From the NCBI GenBank assembly GCA_903910645.1, contig CAIWAD010000124.1, positions 16,445 through 80,444 of the forward strand: a stretch of 64,000 nucleotides of DNA, written 5' to 3'. Below, piece after piece: positions 41,201 to 50,600 of the stretch (positions are counted from its first letter, which is position 1; each line of letters begins with the position of its first letter). The notes under the pieces were generated by a model. The model saw nothing but the letters and a program-made list of their open reading frames with translations. It was not told the DNA's origin and made no database searches. This stretch comes from an uncultured bacterium. Lineage in GTDB: Bacteria > CAIWAD01. The translations under genes and the position numbers were made by a program.

Positions 41201-41444
41201 TCATGTACTTGAAGAAGCGCACATGGCCGCCCTGGTAGCTGGAGACGGCCACGGCCTGGGCGTCCTCCTGCACGGCGGCGCGCACAATGTCCAGCACGCT
41301 GCGATTGTGGCCCAGGTGGATCACCTCCGCCCCGGCGGCCTGGAAGACCCGACGCATGATGTTGATGGCGGCGTCGTGGCCGTCGTAGAGGCTGGCGGCG
41401 GTGACCACGCGGACGGGATGTTGCAGGCGGTGTTCCTGGGCCAT
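38208..41444 (-). CDS. icmF: Fused isobutyryl-CoA mutase IcmF (B12-binding domain, MeaB-like GTPase and mutase catalytic domain)
   Basis: I chose the ATG at 41444 (MAQEHRLQHPVRVVTAASLYDGHDAAINIM, containing the DxHxxG-type B12 motif). P-loop GITGTGGAGKSSL. Large C-terminal mutase domain (FPYTAGVFPFKR, SISGYHIAEAGA). Confidence 0.9.
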   Translation of the reverse strand: MAQEHRLQHPVRVVTAASLYDGHDAAINIMRRVFQAAGAEVIHLGHNRSVLDIVRAAVQEDAQAVAVSSYQGGHVRFFKYMKELLAERGAGHVKIFGGGGGVIVRDEIEELHAAGIDRIFSPQDGAELGLEGMIQLALNASDFDPSQLPLDDLKAGVLARQEMALGRALTWCERKAAGAQAPAALHELLEMGRAGGAPVVGITGTGGAGKSSLTDEILRRFQAVHPGKSAAVVSVDPTKRKSGGALLGDRIRVNSLSGEKVFLRSLATRQSGSELSAATADSVALLKVAGFDLILLETSGIGQGSSAVVDLADFSIYAMTAEYGAASQLEKIDMLDYADMVVLNKYEKRGSEDALRDVRRQVRRARGISWDVPDEELPVFGTVASRFDCNGTNWFFDRFMQALEARFGGGFATTPLAADNRVLRRQLIPEDRVGYLAEISRTVRDYKTRVRQDADRLSRCAHLATAVSELGPCEAADLLEAKRRELALALHAGALSALEAYQATAACYTGEFYEYTVRGQVHRQELTRTSLSGSAIPRVALPRFGDVGDLYRFVALENLPGFFPYTAGVFPFKRQGEDPTRQFAGEGPPERTNRRFHYLSRDSAAKRLSTAFDSVTLYGEDPEERPDIFGKVGESGVSICTLDDMKRLYDGFDLSSPTTSVSMTINGPAPMILAMYLNTAVDFALDAFRQREGRDPSAVEAGELRATTLSAVRGTVQADILKEDQAQNTCIFSTEFALKLMGDIQEWFISNRVRNYYSVSISGYHIAEAGANPISQLAFTLANGFTYVEYYLSRGMRIDDFAPNLSFFFSNGLDPEYSVIGRVARRIWAVAMRDLYHGDERSQKLKYHIQTSGRSLHAQEMDFNDIRTTLQALLAIYDNCNSLHTNAYDEAVTTPTEESVRRALAIQLIVSHEFGVTKNENPLQGSFIMDELTELVEEAVLAEFVRLSERGGVLGAMETQYQRGRIQEESMLYELKKQSGELPIMGVNSFLRPGGSDVPEHLELARATDEEKQLQVTRLRDFQARHAAQTPEALARLRCVAAEGGNLFAELMETVRVASLGQITRALFEVGGQYRRNM

Positions 41445-41571
41445 GGATGATCTCACGCTTGGTTGAACGACCGGTGAATCTACCACTGCCACCGGCAAGT
41501 GGACCCACAAGTGGAAGGGGCCACCGCGGCGGCCCCTTCCAAAGATGCAGGCATCGTCAACGCCGCTCGAG

Positions 41572-42615
41572 TCAACGCTCCTCGCGCCAACGCAGCAGCC
41601 AGGCCGCCAGCATGTATCCCGCCACTCCCAGGGCCACTCCCGACAGCAAGTCCATGGGAGAGATCAGCGCGTCCGCACCCCAGGCTTCCCCCTTCCAGTA
41701 GGCCACTTCGTGGAAGGTGCCCAGGAATCCCCCCGGGGCCCATCCAGGAGGGAGCAGGTGGCGTCCCAGCCATTGGAGGAATGCGCCATGGCTCAGGTAC
41801 AGGTCGTCGGCGATACCCGCGGCGAAGAGCAGACCCGCCGCCGCCAGCCTGCGTCCGGGGTTCCAGACGTTCAATGCGGCCAGCAGGCCCATGGTCGGCA
41901 GAAAGGCCAGGAAGTCCACCACCAGATTGGACAGCGTGCCGCCCCACAGGCGCAGGAAAGGGGTGGGCGCCCACAACAGATCCACCGCGTCCATGCCGTT
42001 GGCCCAGGCCGCACCCATGAACATCAGCAGGGGCACGACCTGCACCACCAGCACCGTGAGGGCCATCAGGAGCAGGAGCAAAGGGCCAGCCACCAGCGCC
42101 TTGGACAGCACCTGGAGGCCTTCACGCACCGGCATGGCCTTGTGAAAGGCGATGCTGCGGTCCAGGATCTCCTTACGCCACGCGCCAAGGGCGAGCAGGG
42201 CCGCCAGGAATCCCAGAGGCAACAGGGCCATCCGCCCCGTGACCATCATGACAAAGAGCAGGATCTGGCCGCGCACGACATCCGGCAACTTGCCGAAGAA
42301 GTCCAGCAGGTTGGCCAGGCTGACTTCGCCCAACTCCAGCCGGACGCCGCTGCCCACCATGCCGGGGATGAGCTGGGTCAGCGTGCTGTCCTGTCCGTCC
42401 ACCCGCAGCGCCAGATGCTCCCCTTGGCCCAGATTCGCGTCCAGACGATCGGGCAGGATGAGGGCCAGGGCGCTGATGACGAGCGTCAGGCCCACCAGGG
42501 TCAGGGGCATCCAGCGCAGGGTCCGGTGCTCCCACCACTCCCTGCGCACCAGGGCAATCAGCTGCCGAGTCGCCGACTTGCCGCTCGTCGGCTGGTTCCA
42601 GGAAAGGGGCTTCAT
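41572..42615 (-). CDS. Polytopic membrane protein, putative ABC-2-type permease component (paralog of 42612-43616)
   Basis: I chose the ATG at 42615 (ATGA overlap). LIALVRREWWEHRTLRWMPL parallels FTVLVRREFWEHRSLLWLPV in the neighbouring gene. Multiple TM segments. Confidence 0.5.
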   Translation of the reverse strand: MKPLSWNQPTSGKSATRQLIALVRREWWEHRTLRWMPLTLVGLTLVISALALILPDRLDANLGQGEHLALRVDGQDSTLTQLIPGMVGSGVRLELGEVSLANLLDFFGKLPDVVRGQILLFVMMVTGRMALLPLGFLAALLALGAWRKEILDRSIAFHKAMPVREGLQVLSKALVAGPLLLLLMALTVLVVQVVPLLMFMGAAWANGMDAVDLLWAPTPFLRLWGGTLSNLVVDFLAFLPTMGLLAALNVWNPGRRLAAAGLLFAAGIADDLYLSHGAFLQWLGRHLLPPGWAPGGFLGTFHEVAYWKGEAWGADALISPMDLLSGVALGVAGYMLAAWLLRWREER

Positions 42616-43616
42616 GTCTCCTCCCGCCAATGCAGGGCCCTGGCCGCGGCCACGAGCAGGAGCAAGCCCAACACCATGCCGAGAACGAGATCGGCCCCTT
42701 CACCCAGAGCGGGCGCCTTGCCCTGCGCGGCCCGCAATGCGTCCAGCCCCCGATCCTCCCAATTGATACCGGGAGGCGGCAGGTGACGGGTCATCCACAG
42801 CCACAATCCCCCGCCGGTCAGGTACAAGCGGTCCACCACCGTGGCCACCACAGCGCCCATCAGCAGCACGCCGAAGCGCCCGCCCCTTCCCGACCAGCCC
42901 AGGCTTGCCATCAGGGCGATGCTGCCGAAGAGGGGCAGGGCCCACAGGGTGTCCACCAGCAATTGGGCTCCCAGCAGGGCCCACAGGCGGAACACGTGGG
43001 AAGGCCCCCACACCAGATCCACCGCCGCGTGCCCGTGCGCCCACGCCGTTGCGCTGATCACCAGCAGACCCAGCGTCTGGGAAATCACCACAGTCCCCCA
43101 CAACAGGACCAGCGCAAGGGCTCCGGTGGCCATCTTGCCACCCAGGTAGGTCCAGGGGTTCAGGGGCATGGAGAGGAAGAACAGGCTGCTGCGATTCTCC
43201 CGCTCTCGGTTCAGCATCACGCTGAAGAGACCCATCACGAGAAAGGAGCCCACGGCCGCCAACAGATGCGCGTGCCCCAGCAACAACCTGTCCAGCAGGC
43301 CTCCCCGCTCCTCCGGCGGCGTGGCGGCCGCCAGGTCCAGCAGGCTGGCGGTGGACATGCGATTCCAGTTCAGGCTGGTGCTCTCCACCTGGGTGCCGGG
43401 CGTACCGCCCAGGCTGTCGGCCACGGTCAATTGCTCGCTGCGCACTTCCACCTGGAGGTTCATGCCATTCCGCGGCACCAGCACCAGGGCCAGGGCCAGG
43501 ATGAAGTGCAGGACGCACACGGCCACGGGCAGCCACAGCAAGGAACGGTGCTCCCAGAACTCCCGGCGCACCAGCACTGTGAAGCGCTTCCAGCCGCCTT
43601 GATATGCGCTGTTCAT
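42612..43616 (-). CDS. Polytopic membrane protein, putative ABC-2-type permease component
   Basis: I chose the ATG at 43616 (MNSAYQGGWKRFTVLVRREFWEHRSL), which forms an ATGA overlap with the ATPase stop. Confidence 0.5.
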   Translation of the reverse strand: MNSAYQGGWKRFTVLVRREFWEHRSLLWLPVAVCVLHFILALALVLVPRNGMNLQVEVRSEQLTVADSLGGTPGTQVESTSLNWNRMSTASLLDLAAATPPEERGGLLDRLLLGHAHLLAAVGSFLVMGLFSVMLNRERENRSSLFFLSMPLNPWTYLGGKMATGALALVLLWGTVVISQTLGLLVISATAWAHGHAAVDLVWGPSHVFRLWALLGAQLLVDTLWALPLFGSIALMASLGWSGRGGRFGVLLMGAVVATVVDRLYLTGGGLWLWMTRHLPPPGINWEDRGLDALRAAQGKAPALGEGADLVLGMVLGLLLLVAAARALHWREET

Positions 43617-44473
43617 GCCCTCTCCTCCCGACCCATCATGGCCACGAAGAGATCCGCCACCCCAGGCGTGCGGAGCTCGCCCAGGGACTCCAGCCGCTCC
43701 CTCTCCACACCGTCGAAGAGGAAGACATGGCGACCGAAGAAGCTCTCCTCGCGCAGGGGCGCCAGGGCGCGCGCTGCAGCAGCCTGTTCCGGCGCGCAGG
43801 AGAGCTGGGCGAAGCGGTCTGCCACTTCGTCCATGGGCAGGTTGAGCAGGATGCGTCCCTGGCGGATGAAGATCAGGTCCGTGAGGATGTGCTCCACCTC
43901 CTCCACCTGGTGCGTGCTGATGAGGATGGTGCGGTCCTCGTCGAAGAAGTCCGTCACCAGACTGCTGTGAAAGGCCTTTCGGTACAGGATGTCCAGGCCC
44001 AGCGTGGGTTCGTCCAGCACCAGCAGGCGCGCGTCCACGGCCATGGCCAGGGCCAGGTGCAATTGGGTTTTCATGCCTTTGGAAAGCCGGGACACCTTGA
44101 AGGAGGGTTGCAGATCCGTGCGCGCCAGGAAGGCTTCCGCCATGGGACGACGGAAGCGCGGATGAACGCCTTCGCAGTAAGTCAGCAGCTGGTCCACGCG
44201 CATCCAGTCGGGCAGGGTGGCCACATCGGCGATGTAAGAGAGCTGCTCCAGCATGCGCGCCCTGTCCCGGTGGGGATCCAGGCCCAGCACCTCCAGCCCG
44301 CCATCGAAGCGCAGCAGGCCCATCAGACACTTGAGGAAGGTGGACTTGCCCGCTCCATTGGGCCCAATGAGACCCACAATGCGTCCCGCCGGCAGCACCA
44401 GACTCACATCCGTGAGGGCCTGCACCTTGCCATAGCGCTTGCCCAGGCCTTTGGCCTTCACCAGCTCAACCAC
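43613..44473 (-). CDS. ABC transporter ATP-binding protein
   Basis: Walker A GPNGAGKST, signature LSKGMKTQ and Walker B LLVLDEPTLGLD. Confidence 0.9.
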   Translation of the reverse strand: MVELVKAKGLGKRYGKVQALTDVSLVLPAGRIVGLIGPNGAGKSTFLKCLMGLLRFDGGLEVLGLDPHRDRARMLEQLSYIADVATLPDWMRVDQLLTYCEGVHPRFRRPMAEAFLARTDLQPSFKVSRLSKGMKTQLHLALAMAVDARLLVLDEPTLGLDILYRKAFHSSLVTDFFDEDRTILISTHQVEEVEHILTDLIFIRQGRILLNLPMDEVADRFAQLSCAPEQAAAARALAPLREESFFGRHVFLFDGVERERLESLGELRTPGVADLFVAMMGREERA

Positions 44474-44870
44474 GGGACACCTCCGCTTCCTTGCCCTCCG
44501 CCGGGACGGGCAGATCCTTGGTCAACTCCTGCACCGAGAGGCCCAGCGCCGTGATGCGCTGGCGGATGCGCGGCCACTCGCTTTCCAGAAACTGCCGCCG
44601 CTCCTGATCCATCAACCGCGTCCAGGCGCCTTCCTTGATGAACATGCCCAGCCCCCTGCGTTTCTCCAGCACGCCCTCGTCCACCAAGAGCTGGTAGGCC
44701 TTCATCACCGTGATGGGATTGACGGCCAATTCCGCCGCCACCTGGCGGACGCTGGGCAGCTGCTCTTCCACCTTCAGACTCCCCCCCAGCACCAGGCGCA
44801 CAATGCGATCCCGGATTTGCAGGAAAATGGGGTCTCGATCATTCCAGTTGCTCGCCATGGGTGGATCCAT
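44466..44870 (-). CDS. GntR-family (YtrA-subfamily-sized) transcriptional regulator
   Basis: LPSVRQVAAELAVNPITVMKAYQLLVDEGVLEKRRGLGMFI is a winged-helix GntR motif. At 134 aa, and placed upstream of an ABC ATPase, it fits the YtrA layout. Confidence 0.85.
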   Translation of the reverse strand: MDPPMASNWNDRDPIFLQIRDRIVRLVLGGSLKVEEQLPSVRQVAAELAVNPITVMKAYQLLVDEGVLEKRRGLGMFIKEGAWTRLMDQERRQFLESEWPRIRQRITALGLSVQELTKDLPVPAEGKEAEVSRG

Positions 44871-44874
44871 GTTT

Positions 44875-44897
44875 TGGTGTTGTATCGAACTACACCA
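44875..44897. promoter_or_regulatory. Candidate GntR/YtrA operator, TGGTGT-N11-ACACCA
   Basis: The inverted repeat was read directly. It lies 5 nt upstream of the GntR start codon at 44870. A separate 12-bp palindrome, TTTTCATGAAAA, is at 44945-44956. Confidence 0.4.
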
Positions 44898-45059
44898 CTA
44901 AAACACGCAAACAGCCAAGGAAAGGTCAAGGGCTTGCTGATCATTTTTCATGAAAATCCGACAACGCGTGGCATCAATAGAAGCGAGAGTTTTCCTATTG
45001 ATCTTCAACAGGTTTGCCTGGACCGGGCGCAGAATTTGAGATGTGCCATGTGGGCGCCC

Positions 45060-45554
45060 TCAGGCGGGGCGGCGGAATCGGCCATAGAGCAGGCCCACCC
45101 ACAGGGCGGTGAAGAGCAGGTAAATGCCCAGACTCCAATTGGAATGTCCCAAGGCGCTGGCCGATCCCGTGGCCACTTTCACCGATTGTGCCAGCAGATC
45201 CATCATGAGCAACTGGGTGGCGCAGCCCATCCACCGCATGTGGGAGGCCAGGCTCTCAAGCGTGGACTGACGCCGGGCGGGTGCCAGCCAGTAGTCCTTG
45301 TTGGGCAGGTTGATGAGATCGTCCGGCAGGCGGGCCATCAGCCAGGGCAGGGCCAGGAAAAGAGCAGCATTGAAGGCCAGCAGCACCCAGTTGAGGATGA
45401 TCAGGGCCGCGCGGCTGCCATGGGAGTCCGGCGTGCCGTCAAAGCTGAAATGCAGGGGCACCTGCTCCGGCAACACCCAGGCGGCGTGCAGGAGTTGGGC
45501 CACGGACAGGGCGCACACCAACAGGAAGCCCAGCAGGCTGAGTCGTCGCATCAT
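45060..45554 (-). CDS. DUF1648/SdpI-like membrane protein
   Basis: VPLHFSFDGTPDSHGSRAALIILNWVLL plus four hydrophobic segments. Confidence 0.5.
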   Translation of the reverse strand: MMRRLSLLGFLLVCALSVAQLLHAAWVLPEQVPLHFSFDGTPDSHGSRAALIILNWVLLAFNAALFLALPWLMARLPDDLINLPNKDYWLAPARRQSTLESLASHMRWMGCATQLLMMDLLAQSVKVATGSASALGHSNWSLGIYLLFTALWVGLLYGRFRRPA

Positions 45555-45563
45555 GAAGACTCC

Positions 45564-45947
45564 TCAGGACAGCCATTTCCCCAGCGCCAGCCCTGCCACC
45601 GCGGCGCCCAGGCCCAGCAGGGCGCTGCCTGCCAGATAGCCCAGGGAGTTCAGCCATTCACCGCGTTCCAGGAGGCCCAAACCTTCCCATGCGAAGGTGG
45701 AAAAGGTGGTGTAGCCGCCCAGCAAGCCCACTCCCAGGAACAGGCGCAAGCCGTGGGAAGCCTCGTGGCGCTGCAGGCCCAGGCCCATCAACAGGGCCAG
45801 CACGAAAGCGCCGCTGAGGTTGATGGCCATGGTATGCCAGGGGTAGGCCTCGCCCACCCGCTGCTGGATCCATTGCCCCATCAGGTGGCGCAAGCCGCCG
45901 CCCAAACCGGCGCCCGCCATCACCAGCCAGAGCTGGGTGGATCCCAT
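45564..45947 (-). CDS. crcB: Fluoride ion channel CrcB/FluC
   Basis: I chose the ATG at 45947 (MGSTQLWLVMAGAGLGGGLRH...). AINLSGAFVLALLMG and LGGYTTFSTFAWE are the CrcB signature. The junction with the recD stop is TGATG. Confidence 0.85.
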   Translation of the reverse strand: MGSTQLWLVMAGAGLGGGLRHLMGQWIQQRVGEAYPWHTMAINLSGAFVLALLMGLGLQRHEASHGLRLFLGVGLLGGYTTFSTFAWEGLGLLERGEWLNSLGYLAGSALLGLGAAVAGLALGKWLS

Positions 45948-47668
45948 CAGCACTCTCCTTCCGCAGCGGCAAACGCCACCTGCAGTTTTCCCGCCAAGCC
46001 GCTGCTGCGGCGTGTCACATTCCCAAGGGCCTGGCGCAGGGCCGCTTCCGAGGCCACCAGCACCAGCTTCTTGCGGGCGCGGGTAAGACCGGTGTAGAGC
46101 AGTTCGCGGCACAGGAGGGGCGACGCTTCCTCCGGCAGGACCAGCAGAAGCTCATCCGCCTCCGATCCCTGGCTCTGGTGCACGGTGATGGCCCATGCCT
46201 CATCGTGGGGCGGCACCTGGGCCTCGTCCAGGGACAGGGCCTGCGTATCGCCGGTGTGAAAATGGAACTTTCCTGTTCCCGGCGCATGCTCCCGCACTCC
46301 GCTGTCGCCATTGGCCAAGCCCAGCACATGGTCGTTCACGCGGATGAGCACGGGGCTGAAACTTCCCATCCCACTTTCCTGAAACTGGCGACGGCACCAC
46401 GAATTCACCGCCTCCACGCCCTGGGGACCGCTGCGACGCCCGCAAATGGTGCGGAAAGTGTCCAGGGCGGCCAGCGCCTCAGCAGCGCTCCCCGCCTTGA
46501 TAAAGGGATCCAATCCCTTGCGCAGGGCCTCGCTGAACGCGACCCCGGACCGGGCATCCCCACGCTGGATCCATTCCACTTCGCCGCCACCGCGCAGGGC
46601 GGCCATGGCGGCCTCACCATCTCCAGTTCTTACCGCCAGGGCCAATCGGCCAATGGCGCTGTCCTGCCCAAAGCGCCGGCTTGCCATCAGCGTGGTGACC
46701 ATAGGGGTCGGCGCTCCGCCTTCGTCCACCCGACGGCCCGCCAGACCCTCCACCACATGATGGAGCACGGCACCGGCGTCCACGGACGCCAGCTGATCCG
46801 CATCCCCCACCAACAACAGTCGGGCATGGGGCGGAAGAAAGGCCAGCACACGGTCCATCAAGCCCAGGTCCACCATGGAGGCTTCGTCCACCACCAGCCA
46901 GTCCAGGGGTGGCGCCTCGTGCAGCAGGCGATGCAGCGTGCTGGCCCGTGGCAATGTTGAAAGGGCCTGGCGCAGCTCCTGGGGCAGCCAGCCCAGACTT
47001 TCACCCAGGGCCTCCTGCAGACGGGCGGCAGCTTTTCCGGTGGGCGCGGCCAGCCGAATGCGCAGCCCGGGCTCCAGGGCCAGCGCCACCGCCAGCATGC
47101 GGCCCACTGTGCTGGTCTTGCCCGTTCCCGGGCCACCGGTGAGCACATGGAAGGGGCGCTGGAACACCGCCTCCACCGCCTGCCGTTGCAAAGGATCGCC
47201 GTCCTGGGGCGCCACCCGCTCCAGGAGCTCGGCCAATCCCGCTGGCGGTTCCAACGGGCGCATGCGGAACAGCAGGGCCTGCGCCACCCGGCCTTCCGCG
47301 GCATGCATGCGCTGCAGATAGAGGCGGCCAGCCTCCAGTACAAGGGGTTGCGGCGCCCCGCCATTTCCCTCGTGGGCCACCACGCCGCTTTCCCGCAACT
47401 CCGCCAGCCAGTCTTCCAGGTTCGGACAGGTCCCGGGCATGGACAGTGCACCATGCGCCGACTCCCGGCCCAGCAAGCCATGCTCCCGCCCGGCCCATTC
47501 CTCCAGCAACAAGCAGGGATGCCCCACCCGCCGCTGCCGACTGGCCAGGGCCGCCGCCAGCGCCACTCCACCCTGTGGGTGCGGAGCCCCCTTGGTCAAC
47601 AAATGGGCCAGTTCAAGATCCACAAGGCTGAAGCCCTCGGCCGCGCCGTCTTCCTTGCGCAATGTCAT
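45947..47668 (-). CDS. recD: Exodeoxyribonuclease V alpha subunit RecD
   Basis: VLTGGPGTGKTSTV, LAAPTGKAAARL, LVVDEASMVDL, ITVHQSQGSE and LLYTGLTRARKKLVLV. Confidence 0.9.
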   Translation of the reverse strand: MTLRKEDGAAEGFSLVDLELAHLLTKGAPHPQGGVALAAALASRQRRVGHPCLLLEEWAGREHGLLGRESAHGALSMPGTCPNLEDWLAELRESGVVAHEGNGGAPQPLVLEAGRLYLQRMHAAEGRVAQALLFRMRPLEPPAGLAELLERVAPQDGDPLQRQAVEAVFQRPFHVLTGGPGTGKTSTVGRMLAVALALEPGLRIRLAAPTGKAAARLQEALGESLGWLPQELRQALSTLPRASTLHRLLHEAPPLDWLVVDEASMVDLGLMDRVLAFLPPHARLLLVGDADQLASVDAGAVLHHVVEGLAGRRVDEGGAPTPMVTTLMASRRFGQDSAIGRLALAVRTGDGEAAMAALRGGGEVEWIQRGDARSGVAFSEALRKGLDPFIKAGSAAEALAALDTFRTICGRRSGPQGVEAVNSWCRRQFQESGMGSFSPVLIRVNDHVLGLANGDSGVREHAPGTGKFHFHTGDTQALSLDEAQVPPHDEAWAITVHQSQGSEADELLLVLPEEASPLLCRELLYTGLTRARKKLVLVASEAALRQALGNVTRRSSGLAGKLQVAFAAAEGEC

Positions 47669-50600
47669 GCCAGCCTCCCCAACTCCTGGTCCAACTCCAG
47701 GATCAACTCCACCGGCAGGATGTCCGTGAGCACGCCGCTGTCAGGATCCTCCTGGCGCAAGCCGCGCAGATAGACATAGCGCAGGCCTCCCAGATGGCGC
47801 CAGGGATCGTGGTCCTTGTCCACCCGCTTCAGATGCCGGTGCAGGGCCGTCAGGTAGAGCAGGGCCTGCAGGAAGTAGCCGGACTCCGCCATGGAGCGCA
47901 CCATGCGTTCCCTGGTGTAGGCGGCGGCATTGGGTGCCAGGCGGTTGGATTTCCAGTCCACCACCCACCACCGGCCCTCCCAGCACAGGCACAGATCCAT
48001 GAAGCCTTTCAGGAATCCGGGCGCCATGGGCCTGGCCTCCCGGCGCGTGGCCAATTCCAGCGCCGCCAGCGTGTCCGGCTCCTTCACCCCCAATCGCCCG
48101 GCATTGTGCAGCAAATGACTCTGGCACAGCTCCCGCAGTCGGGCCCCCGAGATTCCTTTCGTGGAAAGATGAAAGGCCAGCTCCGTGGCGCGCAGTCCGG
48201 CTTCCACATCCAGGGGAACGGGACCTCCCCCCCCCAAGGGCCGATGCAGCACGGCGTCCAGACGAGGCGCCAGGAAGGCGGCATGTTCCTTTCCCAGCCC
48301 GGCGGATTGCAACTCCTCCTCGCAGAGGCGCACCGTGACACCACCCTGGTCGAGGCCCGTTTCCAACAGCGCGTGCAGGCAGATTCCCGCTCCCGTGCCG
48401 GCGGGGAACTTGGCCCAGGCATCGCGCCCGGCGGAAGTGGCATCCTCCAGGTCCGCATCCCCGCCTTCACTTGGGCTGTCCTGCGCGGCGAACCACTCAT
48501 CCACGCGCTCGTCGGCATGGGCGTCCCGCAGAAGACTTGTGAAGGAGGAGCTGCTCTCCCGCTCCTCCAGACTGCCCTGGAATGTGCGCACAGGCAGGGC
48601 GGTCTCAACCGAGGCCTGCTCATTGCCGGGCATGGAAGGCGAATCCTCGTCCAGGCACAAGGGCTCCACCGCAACGCCCTCGCCTGCCGCCTCCAGCGCG
48701 CGCCATTGCTGCAGCTGGGCCTCAGCCCCCTGCTCCTTGAAGGCCTTCCACGGATCCTTCTCGCCGGGATGCGCGCAGTCCCCCAGCCCTCCGCCCAGCA
48801 GGAGCCAGTCCAGCGGAGAGGGAAAAAGCTTGTCATGATTGGTGAACGCACTGTAGCAGAAGAGCTGGGAGCGCGCCCGTGTCAGGGCCACATAAGCCAG
48901 CCGCAGAGACTCCGCCAGACTGGCGTCGGCCAGGACGCTCTTCTCCTCACCCTCAAGGGGCATCCCTGGTGAGGCAAACAGGCGCCGCTCCCCCTGGGTG
49001 GAGGGCAGGCGCAGCTGGGCGAAAGTCTCCACCCTGGCGTCTCCGGCCCACAGGAAGGGGCAGAACACCAATGGATACTCCAAACCCTTGCTCTTGTGCA
49101 TGGTGACAATGCGCACCAGGTTGTCCTCGCTCTCCAGCCGCTGCTCCCACTCGGCGGATGGCCGGGACTCCTGCGCCTTGACCTGCGCCAAACGCGCCAT
49201 GGCGCCGGGATCCACGCGCCGCAGGGTCTCCTCCTGGCGAAGCAGTTCCAACAGGTGGTTCCAGTTCACCACGCGCCGCTCACCCATGGGACGGGCGAGC
49301 ATGGCCTCGCGCCAATGGGTGCGGCCAAGGAACTGATCCAGAGCAGCGGCCAAGGAGCCCGTCTGGGCCCGCGCCCGCGCCAGATGCAGTTCCGTTTGCG
49401 CAAGCAGGAGCAAGTCCGGCTGGTGAAGGGTATCCAAGGCCGTGCCGCCCAAGGCCCGGGCGAGGCCCCCGGCCAGCAACGCACGCGCCAGTCCGCTGTC
49501 ATCGGGACGCTCCATGGCCTTCAACAGCACCACCAGCTGGCCCGCCTCCGCGCTTGACCACACGGACTCGCGTCCCCCCTGGATGCAGGCCAGACCGCGC
49601 TCCGCCAGTGCCTGGGCCACCAGTTGGCCCTGCCGACTGGTGCGTACCAGAATGGCCACCTCACGGCCTATGATGCTCTGCAGGTCCTCGCCTGTGCCGC
49701 GACGAACCCAACAGGCCCCGGGACCCAGCAGGCGCTCCACCATTTGCGCCACATGCCGGCAGATGCGCTCCTCCGCCAGCCCTTTGGAAATGCCGGATTG
49801 CTCCTCCTGCACCACATGGAAGGCGCGCAGGATTGCGCCATGCAATTTCACGGCGCGGTTGTCGGGCTTGGGACAGGCTTTCACCGGCGCGAAGGCCACG
49901 CCACTGTGCAGGAAGGGCCCCTGACCGGGAAAGCGCTCCTGCTGGAAGAGCTGATTCACGGCCGCCACCAGGGGCGGATCCGAGCGCCAGTTGGTGTACA
50001 AGGCGCGCTGGGTATCGGCGGACGCGGCAACCTTCAGATAGGCATCCAGGTCCGCGCCGCGGAAACCGTAAATGGCCTGCTTGGGATCGCCCACCAGCAC
50101 CAGGGGATGCCCCACTTCGCGGAAGATCTGGTGGAAGATCTCCGTCTGCAGGGGATCCGTGTCCTGGAACTCGTCCAGCATGGCCATGGACCAGCGTTGC
50201 TGCAGAAGGTCCTTCAAGCGGGCGCCCTGGGGACCCAGCAAAGCCTTCAGCACCATGCTCAGCAGGTCGCTGAAATCGAGGCGGCGCTCCTGCAGCCTTA
50301 GGTCGGCGGCACGGGCCGGCCAGGTGGCCACCGCCTCCTCTTGCAGGGCGCGCAGCAAGCGGGCAAAGGCTTCGGCCAGGTCGCCACAGGCCTGCTCCAA
50401 CGCGTCCATGGCATCGAAGAAGGGATGGGGACCCAGCGGTGGCGCGCCCTTCCGCTGCTTTCCCCGCAGATGGGTTGAGGTGAAATACCAGGCCCCATCG
50501 CCCGTGCGCTTGGGCATCTGGTCGCAGGACGCGCCCGTCTGCAGCCAGGCTCCCAGGTCCTCCAGCAAGGAGGTGAAGTGTTCCTGCTTATAGGATCCGG

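Noticed and set aside
41445-41571. Possible cobalamin riboswitch upstream of the B12-dependent icmF. The words GGTGAATC and CCACTGCC occur at 41473-41489.
   Set aside because: The words are on the plus strand, whereas the icmF leader is on the minus strand. The 127-nt gap is also too short for the full riboswitch. The local CCGGTG...CACCGG hairpin is more simply a weak stem after the upstream permease gene.
45948-46112. Longer CrcB form (182 aa), or a fluoride riboswitch in this interval.
   Set aside because: The interval is inside the recD coding sequence. The extension is Gly/Arg/Pro-rich with no CrcB similarity, and there is no non-coding space.
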